From assembly GCF_001949145.1 (NCBI RefSeq), contig NW_019091361.1, positions 186,001 through 250,000 of the forward strand: DNA of 64,000 nt. The letters run 5' to 3'. Both the position numbers and the translations under genes were made by a program. Within the stretch, counting starts at the first letter, position 1, and each line of letters starts with the position of its first letter. The notes beneath the pieces are model-generated. The model saw only the letters and a list, made by a program, of their open reading frames with translations, did not search any database and was not told the DNA's origin. Positions 1 through 12,400 of this stretch are shown in pieces. This stretch comes from Acanthaster planci (lineage: Eukaryota).

Positions 1-459
1 GATCATTTTAAAGTTATGTTGTTTTCCTTGTGCAAATATTCTAATTATAAACAATAATACCAAGCAGTATTTGTGAATTAATTCCGTAAGTTTTGAATTT
101 ATGGAATACACACAAACCATTACACTGCCTGCTTGAATTTGGATTTGGTGCTTGTAATTAGGTGTTGCACCCTATTTCGATAAGGTGCAAAGCAGCTACA
201 CCTATCCAAGAAACCTGAGCCCACAGCTATTGAGAAGACCAGATGGACACCTGCTCACCCAATACTTAAATGAGTCTTAGTGCTAAGTAATAGAAGGTAG
301 TTAACTGTACAGTAGGAAATTACAATTCCATGTTGTTTGTTGTTGTACAAAAGAGATATGAAGTCTCAAGTTCCAATCTAGCTGTTATAGTTGTTCAAAT
401 TTGGCATGCTTTATTTAGCTGACGGTCAGTAAACACATGAAAAATGTTGTTTCCCCAAG

Positions 460-3400
460 GTGTGTATTGGACACTATGCGTCTGGTGGATCTTCTTTTGG
501 TGTTGTTGTTTGAGGGGCGTACTGCTCTACCCAAGTCTAACATTGGTACAACTGCTCGTACAATGAGTGGTTTGCGACGCCTAGATAGTGCCGGTGAACG
601 ATCACATCGTCATTTGATTGACTGCATACGTAGCAAAGACACAGATGCTCTGATAGATGCCATAGACACAGGAGGTAGGGGAATGCTCATTATGTTAATG
701 AGCGAAATACATTCAGTAACATGTATTCTTGAAGTCAGTGGTCCAAAACTTGACAGTAAACCATTTAGTAGATTGATATTGGAGATCAGAAGCTGTGCCC
801 GAAAACTACATAGGGTATGAAATTCTGTTTTCACTTTTGTTGTGAGTACATTTAGGGGTCATCCATTTTTGTCATTTTCACAAGTGTGGAAATTTGTCCT
901 GGCCCCCTCCCCCTGTAAGAGTACAAAATGAAATGCTGATTTCTCTTTGGTGTCTGAGGACCCATTCTAACTCACAATGTACAGCTGTTAATGTGCAGTA
1001 GACGACCAGAGAATAGTGGCAGGAGGAAAAACAATGTCCATGACAGGCCTTGACATTCGCGGTTTCCCAAGTGCCCGGGACAAATTCTTCTTTCAGTTCG
1101 GGCAAGTAATAATTAAGGACAAATTGCCCCATGAACAGGTACCTTTTTCTTAAAATAAAAGTGTCCATTTTTTGTGGCCAAGAATAGCAGTCAGAACATG
1201 TGCCTTTGATTTGATCTCCTCTTCACAAAAGCTTAAAAAAGTGGTAAAAAGTATACAGTTACAATGATTTTTTGCATCGTTCCCATACAAGGGAAAATGC
1301 ATACATAAATAAACTGTAATGTACACTTGTGTCTGGGTACCAAACCTCATAGCACGCACGGTGTAGCGGAGCTTTGGGGGGGATGCTCTAACACTGTGAC
1401 TGTGACTTCAACGTTAGTGAATTTTTCCTGGTACTTGTGTATGTACCTTTTATGTATGACACCAGGCAAAATCATCATTGCCCAAACTTGTTTGAATGAT
1501 GCATCCGAGTCCTGCGCACACGCAATAGTTGGGGGTCATAGTTAGCTGGTCTATCATAATCGTCATTTTTAACATGTTTCTAAAAGCGTACGTAACCAAT
1601 TCACCCCCTCCCCCCAGCGTACGCTTTGTACTCTCATGGAAATGACAACAAATGATGGATGATCCCTTATATGCATGAGCAGTCTGCAGTCTGTGTAAAC
1701 ATCATGTGAAATTGTTTTGTAATCTAATTGATTGGTACCTGGTATCATTAATCTTGGAAGTGTTCCTTGTCAAATTTAAACCTTAAAGGAACCAGGAAAT
1801 TTTTTTATAAATTTTACTAAAAACCCTTGAAATTGCATCTTTGGGTTTCAATTAACCTGATTTTAAATTTTGGTTTTGCAATTTTAACCTGTATTTTGAT
1901 GCTTTTTTGGTTTTTATGCTAATGCTATTTACATATTCAAGAGCAGAACTATGATGTCATCCAAAGCACTGAATCTCAATGTTGCATTGATTTGTGCACA
2001 GAAAGTTTCTAGATTTTTTAACCACTGTTATGGCAGATTTTATTTTCTTTGACAATTTATTGCTATGTAAGTATACGGCAATAATCCAGCAAAAATCCTT
2101 TTCACAGAAATGTTCCCAGATAGCAAATTTGGGGTTCACAATTTGAACATGAAAACATGCAACCTGAACCATGTCTTCCTGGAATTACATCATCGCAAAA
2201 GTGCCCTCACTTGTCCAGAAATGCTTGGTTAATTTTTAATGTTTGAAAAAGTACACCGTTCAGTTCACGTAACTCAAAAAAGATGTCAAACAGTCTTCAT
2301 ACATGTCAGCAGAGTACAGAGATACACAAACTGTGATGCTAAGAAAAATTCGTTTCCTGGATCCTTTAATAACGAGGCTGGTGTACCAGATGAGAGTCTC
2401 AATAATCGATCCTTGTGATTTCAAATGAATTTGTGTTTACTTTTTACAGTTGAAGTCAATTATATGGATGATGTGGGCCAAACACTCCTCAACTGGGCCT
2501 CTGCATTTGGAACTCAGGAAATGGTGAATATTTCATAGCTTTTACCCTAACATCCTACATATTGTTCAAGAATCAGGTATTACTAGTCGCTAATCAGTCT
2601 CCATCATGTCACATGTCTGGTCAGGAGTTACCCTAAAATCCTACATATTGTTCAAGAAACAGGTATTACTGGTCGTTAATCAGTCNNNNNNNNNNNNNNN
2701 NNNNNNNNNNNNNNNNNNNNNNNNNNNNNNNNNNNNNNNNNNNNNNNNNNNNNNNNNNNNNNNNNNNNNNNNNNNNNNNNNNNNNNNNNNNNNNNNNNNN
2801 NNNNNNNNNNNNNNNNNNNNNNNNNNNNNNNNNNNNNNNNNGATCATGAGTAACAGGACAAACAGTGAAAAATAATTGCTTTGACACAATTGGTTTGAAT
2901 AGCTTGTCAGCTGAGTCAAGACTTAGAGGACTTGATAATAATTCTGCTTGGTATCTTCCTGAATCCATGTAGCATTTTTTATACGTACATGTAAACTTTC
3001 TCATTAGAAACTGAAAATATAGAATTACAACAGTTTTTACTTCTAAACATTGAATGTTGGAGAAAAACAGCAACTTGATAGAAACATGTGCATTAGAACA
3101 TGCTTTATAACTTCTTCAATATTTTCTTTGCAAAAATTTATTTCATTTTTATACAAACTTAAAATAGGTCGAGTTTTTGTGTGAACGAGGAGCAGATGTC
3201 AATCGAGGTCAGAGGTCATCATCACTTCACTACGCTGCTTGCTTTGGCAGACCCCAAGTTGCAAAGGTGCCTTGAACCCGTGATTCAAAATGCGAAACTT
3301 ACACGGCTACTTGTTATAAAATCAGAGGCTCATTAGGAAACTGATGACTTAAATAAGGGAATTTGATGGCTCAAATGAGGAAACAACTTATTTTCTTTAA

Positions 3401-6400
3401 ATTGGAATATTTGTTTTTCAAAGGTCACACTCAAAGAAACCGATGTAGTCTTTTTAAATAAACAATCTGTGAACTTTCTGTTATTCTTATGGTTACCGAC
3501 AGTGAAATGTGAATGTGCCAGTGGAAGGAATTCACATTTCAAAATGGAACAGATACTGTTATTTCCAAACTGTGTATGGAACAGGTTGTACGGGAATCAA
3601 AAGGAAATATTATTTTGCTAGGAATTCTTGTAAACAGTCTGATTCTGTGAACCACTTTCACTTTCATTTTTCACAAATCTGTAGAGGCTTGTACAGTGAC
3701 ATAAAATCTATCAAGCTTACAAGCCCTGTTCTAGAGATTTGTAATTCTCTCTTTATATCCATCTTTGTGTTAGACACTTCTAAGGCATGGTGCCAATCCT
3801 GATTTGCGTGATGAAGATGGCAAAACTCCACTAGACAAGGCAAGAGAAAGAAACGACGAAGGTCACCGTGAGGTCATGCAGATCCTCCAGTCACCAGGTA
3901 AGCTCAAGGTCATCTAATTATAATCAGATGGTAAAAGGTGTAAGAGTTAAGGAAACAATTGTTACAGGTGAAAGTTCTTGAAGGTGAGAAAAAAAAGTAC
4001 TGTACCCTCAATACCACCCTTGTCAAAAGATTACTGGCGGGATGTGATTAGATGATTTATTTTCTTGCTGAAGGTGAATGGATGGTCCCCGTGACTCCAA
4101 CAGCAGATGCTGCTGTCTCCAGCCCTGAGGAGGCTACTAAGCCTGAAGGAGAGATGGACTTTGCTGAACCTAAAGGTGATCCAGAGATGGCTCCCATCTA
4201 CCTCCGCAAACTCCTGCCTATCTTTGCTCAGGTCTACAATAACACCATGATGCCTTCTATTAGGTATGGATGTCAGCCGCTGCTGTAGCTCTGGTATTTT
4301 TTGATATAAGTACATGTACATATATATTGATGTAAAAGGTCTTGTATGTCCCATGAGCTCCATCCTCCACTTTGCGTGGTATGGTACTTGAATAAAAGAA
4401 TAAATTACAGTTTTGAAATTGAGGGCACACCAGTTTCATTTTTCGTTGCATACCCATGCTAATGGGCTATTGGCTCTGCATACTGAATTGCCATCTCCTT
4501 GTGTAAGAGCAAATTACTGTTAGTTCAAAGCAGATTTGGTTGTACACTTGTGTTGATAGTCTATGGGCCTTTGTATCAGATTTTTGTATTAGTGGTGACT
4601 TAAGCATATGATAAGCTTTGTCACCATGTGCAGCTGCAAACACACAGAGACACCATTGAAATGTGCACATTCACATGAAGTCTTACCATGTTTGGGTAAA
4701 CCAGTGTTTGGTTGCATTGTGTTCTAAGCAGCCCTCAGGATTAATCACAGATGGCTGTCTACTTCTTACAAGCTGCAGTTCATTGTAGGATGGAGGAGTT
4801 GGTTGTGTTTATATGGAAAGGATATTAACTTAAAAAGAAACATGAATGTTTGAAAATCTTCAGATGCTGAGCTAAAATGTAGATATTTATTTATGTGTAC
4901 TTACACAGGCAAGAATTGATTCTCATTTTTAATTGTCCCATGATCTTTTCTTTCTTTTTTCCCAATCTCCAGGAAAGCTAGTCTAGCCCTTATCCGTAAA
5001 ATGATCCACTATACTCCATGTTCACTGCTCAGTGAGGTATGCGTTGGGGAGATAGCCAGCTTTACACAGGTCCTGGTCGAAGTCTTAGCTGCAGTGTTGG
5101 ATCATGAGGTAGGAACTTTGATGACTTTGAAAGCATCCCTATGACTGTTGATGTGCATACCGAAAAGTCCTGCTTCAGATAGCTTATTTTGATGCATTAA
5201 AATCTTCATGATTCGATATGATTTGGTCACATACAAGTAAACAAGGTTGCAAAACTTGTAGTCAGATTTTCAAATCAGATGATTATATCACAGCATCAAA
5301 GTGAACAATACCCAACACTTTTTCTTTACAAGCTGTGTCTGAATCTAATGTTTAGATTTGTTTACAACTTCCATCTGGGTTTTTCAGTCTGGTTCCATAA
5401 TACTTAATGCTCTGTCTACTTTGACGTACCCCACCACTGACCAATTCTCAGTCTAGTCCCACGACACTGACTGCTCTCTTTACTATGACACACCCCACCA
5501 GGATGATGATGATGGCCACTTGACAGCTTTACAAATAATCCAAGACATCATGCGTAAAGGTCAAGATTTATTCTTAGACCACTTTGCCAGGCTAGGGATC
5601 TTCAGCAAAGTGTCCTCATTGGCTGGTCCACCTGATGTCATTGAGGAGGAAGGACCAACATCACATGATAAGAAACAGGTGGGAAATTACAGTCACTGCA
5701 TGCATCACCTGTTTTATATTTGAGCAGTTCGAAGGTATTGTAACAATACACATCTTTATGAAGAGTATTCCAGCAATGATGTCCCTTCATTTACTATCTT
5801 CAGGAGACAGGAGATCAAGAGTTAGAAGATGCCAAGGAGATTGTTGGAGGTCGTCCTTACCATTGGAAGGACTGGTGCATGGCTAGAGGTCGAGATTGCT
5901 TGTACATTTGGAGTGATGCAGCAGCACTGGAGCTGTCTAACGGTAGCAATGGCTGGTTCCGGTTTATACTAGATGGTAAACTGGCCACTATGTATTCCAG
6001 TGGTAGCCCAGAAGGAGGCTGTGACAGCTCAGGTAAGTTAACCTTTGACCTTTGGAGAGCCGGCGTGTCTTGTAGCATACATCCATTAATTAATAGTGGG
6101 ATGTCAGTAGTTTGACTTCAAATTGTGTAACTGAAGTTCATGTGCATTCATATTCTTGGAACAAGCCATAGGATTGCTACTGTACCTGTTTTAATTGGGA
6201 ACTCACGCTGTTGCCATTGGAAACAACTTGTAAATAGCAGGTGTCCTTTATATAGGCAAAATCCATATGTGCATGTTATCTCCATAAGAACCCATGAATG
6301 TAGTCATGCACTTGTGGATGCTGCTTTTGACGGCAGGAAATGAACCCTGATCTTTAGAGTAGATGTGAAAAGGAAAAAATCTCCAATACTACTAGTAACT

Positions 6401-9400
6401 GAGATAATTGTTGCATGTGCGGAATTAACTGAATATGACCAGATGAGTTGTTCCTGTTGCATTTATGAGGTAGCTCTCAGGAATAAATGTTCACTTTTTG
6501 GTCATTTCAGAGAGCCGTGGAGAGTTTCTAGAGAAGTTACAGCGTGCACGGAGTCAGGTACGAGCCGGTGCTTGCAGCCAACCTATCTTGAGCACTGTAG
6601 GCCCAACAAAGCTGGTTGTTGGAAACTGGTCTCTACAGTGTAAGAAAGAAGGAGAAGTGATTGTACACAACTCAGATGGGCAGCAGGTAGGAAAAATGTT
6701 AACTCTCTGCGAACAAAAAAGGGAATGTTGCATCAAACTAACGTATTTATGTGTATAAGAAAAGGGGCCCAGAGTAAAAGAATATGCAACAGTAAGCTTT
6801 GTGAAGTTTGAAAGGTTAGTGTACTGTGTTTCAACATCTTAGAAATATCACAAACATGTAAATACTTATCTGATTGTATCATTTTGTTGAAAATTAAATT
6901 GAGTGGTTAAACATCAAACATTGTTCCTTTAATAAAATTTACATGAGTTTTAGTACACCCCTGCATTGACAAATATCAGGAGCAAAGCAAGCTTGATACT
7001 TCTCAGTAATTTTGCCTGGTTTACTCAACGCCAGTTACGTGTAGCTGGAACACCAAGTTGTATGATGCAAGCAGACACTTAATAATGGAATTAACAAAGA
7101 AAATCAGTTTGTGGTTTAGGAATTTGAGTCCAAAATCTGTATAGAAGAGAGTTGATGTGGAGCAACTTGTTTGTGGTCTTATTACCTAGGCTACCATCCT
7201 GCGTGAGGATCTAGCGGGGTTTGTATTTGAATCCAATCGCGGTACTAAGCACACATTTACTGCCGAGACATCCCTAGGACCTGAATTCTCTACCAGCTGG
7301 ACAGGCAAGAGAGGCAAGAGACTACGCTCTAAGGTGGAACAGGTGAAGCAAAAGGTCTGTGTCAAAAGATAATGTCTTGCATCAATCTCTCACAGAATCT
7401 AATCTGTGGAAGTCCATTCCTAGCTGAAATAACTTGAATGGCTATTGGATTACCTACTCGGAACAAGCCATCGTCTTTGAAAATTTCTTAACTGTGGGTT
7501 TTGCCCTCACACAAACATATTCACAGCACTATATGCAGTGTTTTCTGAGAGCTCTTGAAAACAACTGAAATCTTCCCAACTCAAACTGCGTATTTGGAAA
7601 TAGTTTGATTGCGGTACCCTGTGCTAAATCTGACTCCAACTGATCCGCTGACTCTGGCAAACTTGGTGGTCAAGTGGTTAAGACGTCTGCACTTGTAAGC
7701 AGGTGGTCATGGGTCCAACTCCCATCCGAGTAAAAGCTTGTGAATTTTTCATGAGCTCTTAGGCAACACAGAGTATACAGTGTTACAATATGTGGAGATG
7801 TATGGGCAAAACCTATGATTTTAAAAAATACTAAGCATCTCCTTGACTCAAAGTAGATCTTCAGAAATAATCTTAGAAATAACAAAAAGTACTGTAAAAA
7901 AAAGTGAAGGAAAGAATTAACTGTGTAGCTGCATCCCCCCTAATTTCGCTTTATGTTCACTACAAACTCACTCTAAACTTTTTCAATATTATCATCTTGG
8001 TTAAATATGTGTCTTGTCGTGAGGATGTAACATGACATTGTTTTCTGACCTGCTGGGACTTTCAGGTGAAGAATCTTGCTCGTGAATTGTATGACTGTCA
8101 CTTCAAAGCAGCAGAATCTCATCCTCGAGACATTGTTGCCAAGCTCCATTGCATCGTCCAGCAGATAGAGCAGGCCTGTGAGATGCATGGGGACCTCTCC
8201 AAGGTTAGCTTTGTCAAAATCAAAACGGGGCTCCAGGTGTTGGACTTGCAGAAGAAACTTGTCAAACTTAACTATTGACAGCTGGCATGCATGATCTTAC
8301 GGATTGTTATCCGTGTATTGTTGTTTTCATTTAGTATCACGTTAACACTAATGTACGTAGAATCATAATGAAATCACTGCTATTCACACAAATTAACCAG
8401 ATGTAAACATAGAAAAAACTGTTTAGGAACCTGTGTAGGATTTCCGTTTAGTAGCGTCTATCCAAACTTAGGTCCTGCCACTTTTTTCTTTCTCACAGCC
8501 AACAGAGGGAGAGCACAGCTGGTCTGAAGTGTTGAAGACAGCTCTAGAATCCCTGACCCTCCTCCTAAAAGATGAGAATAACATCTCAGCCTATGAGCTT
8601 CACAGTAGTGGTCTAGTTCAGGCATTGCTGTACTGTCTCAACAATGTAAGTCACTCCTAGGGCCAAGAAGATTTCGTGCATCTTTTTATTTCCTAGAGAA
8701 GTGTATTAGGCGCTAGTGCCTTATTGGTTGTAGGTGGCTTGGGTTGTACTCCTTGGCATTCAAGAAATAAGGGCTGAAGATGTAGATGAAATGAGATATT
8801 TTATTATCAATTATCAGAATGGCCTCACAGTACCCCTGGCCCTGCACAGATACCCACATGTTCGTGTGCATAGTTTGTGCGTGCTTTACAAGGCTTACAC
8901 CCGGTTTTGGATTACCACAGTTTGGTCTCTTCTGCTATTCAGGGTTTTGACCATGTAGCCTGTCATGACAGACATCTGAGGGAGAGAATTAGCCTTTTCA
9001 AGGCTGCTTTCAGAGATACAACAGATGACCAAGGGTAGGTTGATTGTTGAACCCCTCTCAAGATTTAGACCAGTTATTAACTCACAGATTCATATTTAGT
9101 TCTAGTCTTCCATTAGAACAACTGTATATGTCTTTGAAATTGAAATTTCTGTTTCAAGGCACATTACACTGAAGGAGTGGCATCAGTAGAGCATAGTTTG
9201 TTTCCAACAGTGATTTCTTACGAATTACACTTTATTACTTGTAATGTGGAAAGTAGCTATTTTCTCTAAAAGATTAAAGTAGTCAATTTATAAAAGAATT
9301 TACTCATTGTTTTTATTCTTTGTCCTTTAATCATCACATTTCATTCATTATATCCTTCAGTTTTCTGTCTAGTTAATCCATTACTAACCAGATTTACATG

Positions 9401-12400
9401 TACCAAACACACCTGGCTTTAACTGGTTACTCCAAAATTATCTGACATTACATTCTACACGATATACTCATGTGTTGGTTTTTTTTCTGTCCAAACTCAG
9501 TGTGGTCACTCCTGCAGTGATGTTAGTTCGTAAGCTGGTTGCTGTGTTAGAATCTATTGAGAGACTGTCGATATTCTTGTATGACACACCAGGATCCAGC
9601 TATGGTTTACAGGTATTTACTCTAGGAAAGAAGACAAAAATCAGTAGAAATGATAAAAATATTTGAGAGCAGTACAACTCATCAAAAGTTGTGTTTTCAG
9701 TTATACTTTCAAGAGTGAGTGTTGTGTCAAAATGGCGAGATGCAGATTTATTAGCCTTGGGGACAAGCAACATGAAATAGTCACATGTATAACATAGGAA
9801 CTTTTTAAGATTCTTATCTTAGTGCATACATTACCTTTAATGACCCTGCTGTGCCTAGTGGAATCAAGGAAACTGAAAAACATTGATTAGGTCAGAAAAT
9901 TCATAAATATTGTTTTTTACAAAAAGAGATTACAAGAGGCTGTATCTCTTTAAGAGTTATTTGAAGATCCTTGGATCCATTCCTTGTTCTTTGAGAATTG
10001 CCATTATTATTCAATCAATAATCAATTACTCATCAATCCAATCTTTTGGCATTAACTGTATCTGTTAAGAAATATTGACCATGGCTGCAAAAGCAATATT
10101 GAGATTTAACTGTCATATAAAGAATATGTTTGATCTATCCGTTGCATGGTATCTATAATCTATCACAGAGCCTCTGCACTGTGTAATTTTTTGATCCAGG
10201 TGTTGACAAGGAGATTGCGTTTTCGTCTTGAGAGGGCATCTGGGGAGGCATCATTGATAGATCGCACAGGTCGCACACTCAAGATGGAACCTCTCACCAC
10301 CGTGGCTAGCCTGGAGAGATACCTCCTGAAAATGGTACGACAAATACAGAAAACAGTGGATAATCGAGTCACGGTTGTACAGACCACCAACCCCTTAGCA
10401 TAAAAAGTTGCCTAAAATGCAAAATCAACAGAACTCAATATAATTCATTCATAATGCTCAAAAAAGCGTTCTGCAAACTAAATTTGTGGTTGTTTAATTT
10501 TGAAATGCAGTAAGGCATTCAAGATTTGTATCTGGCAGAAGTTATCTAAAGTTCTCCAACCTCTAATGAACCTTCAGTTACTGAGCTGATGTTTGAGGAT
10601 TCTGTCTTTTTTCAGGTGGCTAAGCAGTGGTATGACTATGAGCGCTCCAGCTTCGCTTTTGTCAAGAGACTGAAGGAGGGCCCACCTGTCACCTTCAGAC
10701 ACACTCATGACTTTGATGAGAATGGAATTGTCTACTGGATTGGCACCAATGCAAAGTAATACATAGATGCATTATGATAATCAGGTGTAGACTGTTACCA
10801 TGTTTGCCCACAATGCATTCCCTATGTAAACTAAGTGGACTGACTAGACCACATGCACTGAATATCAAGTCTTACCACTAATCGCCCAATTGAATCTTTG
10901 TCTATCAACTGCAGACAAGACAAACCAAACTTGAACAGGTTTTCTTCATTTGAATATACTCTGGGTTATCAACAAGTTTGAAATGACTGTCCTGAATCAA
11001 GACTAGTTAGTTCGTAGAATACAAAGCTTTGTAAAATACAACCACTAAATTGATCAAGCGATGAAAGGCAGTCCATTGTTGCTCGTCACACATTCCCTGT
11101 CTTCCTATCTTTTTAGCCAACCTGAGTGTTTCCACGCACTTGCTCATGACTGTATTTGCCCATGTTCCATTCATACAGACAGCAGTATTATTCCTTCTCT
11201 TACATTCAGAACTGGCTATGAGTGGGTCAACCCAGCCCAGTATGGCCTGATAGTAGTCAATTGCTCAGAAGGACGGACTCTGCCCTACGGTCGGTTGGAA
11301 GATATTCTGAGTAGAGATACCTCTGCCTTGAATTGCCACACCAATGATGATAAGTGAGTGCAAACCCCCATGCTGTCTTCATTTATCACCTATCGGTAGG
11401 GTATCTAAAGGATAGTTGTCACTCTCACTTGGTTGACTTACTTATCCTTCATTTAGTTACAGTGTCGGTGTTTCTGACCAGAGTGATTCAACTTTAGCTA
11501 AAGGAAATATAAGCATGCAGCCATGCTACAAAGTCACCACCAAGACAGCTCTCTTTTCATCAATGCCTTACTGGCCTTTGTCATAATACCTTCTATTGCC
11601 AAACTTTCTACCCCCTGGGTACTAACCCAGTCAGAAGCCACTGATGCCAACCTCTGTGTATTTGTTCCTTTATCTTACAGGAAAGCCTGGTTCTCTATTG
11701 ACCTTGGTTTGTGGGTCATTCCTTCAGCTTACACTCTTCGCCATGCTAGAGGCTATGGGAGATCGGCACTGAGAAACTGGTTGTTCCAGGTGTCAAAGGA
11801 TAATCAGAACTGGTTGACTTTGATGACGCATGCAGATGATAGCTCTCTTAATGAACCAGGGTAAGGAATTTCACATGATGAAACTTCAAATCCTTGTAAA
11901 GTCCTTTTCACACTAGACAAAGCTTGGGGTTGATGCATGGATGACACAGGGTTGAAAACTGGCGACGACTCACATTTAAAAATTTTCAACCCTGTGCCAA
12001 CCTTGCATCAACTTGATTGACTTCAACCTGGGTTGAAGTCAGCCCTGCTCCGGACCAGGACTGAGATGTTTCAACCTGTGTTGAAAACTTTTTTACATGA
12101 CGCAAGTGTGAAACAATGCTGGGTTGAATGCAGGGTTGAAAAATCAAAGTTTCAACCCGGCGCAGCCATGGGCTCACCCAGGGTTCAGTCCAGTTCGGAT
12201 TGACAAGCAGTAGTGTGACGAGGCCTTCAGGCTATTCTCTTCTTTTCTGGAAACAAACTCTTCCCATTGAGGAAAGCTTTGGATTATATGACAGTCTGTT
12301 TGAGAATATCTGACTGAAAACAAGCTGTTAACAAGATGACTGGTGAGGCTTGACTTCTTGCTTAGAACTCCAGCTGTCTTAGCCAGTTGACCAGTAAGTT

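Noticed and set aside
7661..7731. Functional tRNA gene
   Set aside because: The 8-nt anticodon loop and mutated T-loop argue against it; it is treated as a SINE head or pseudogene.
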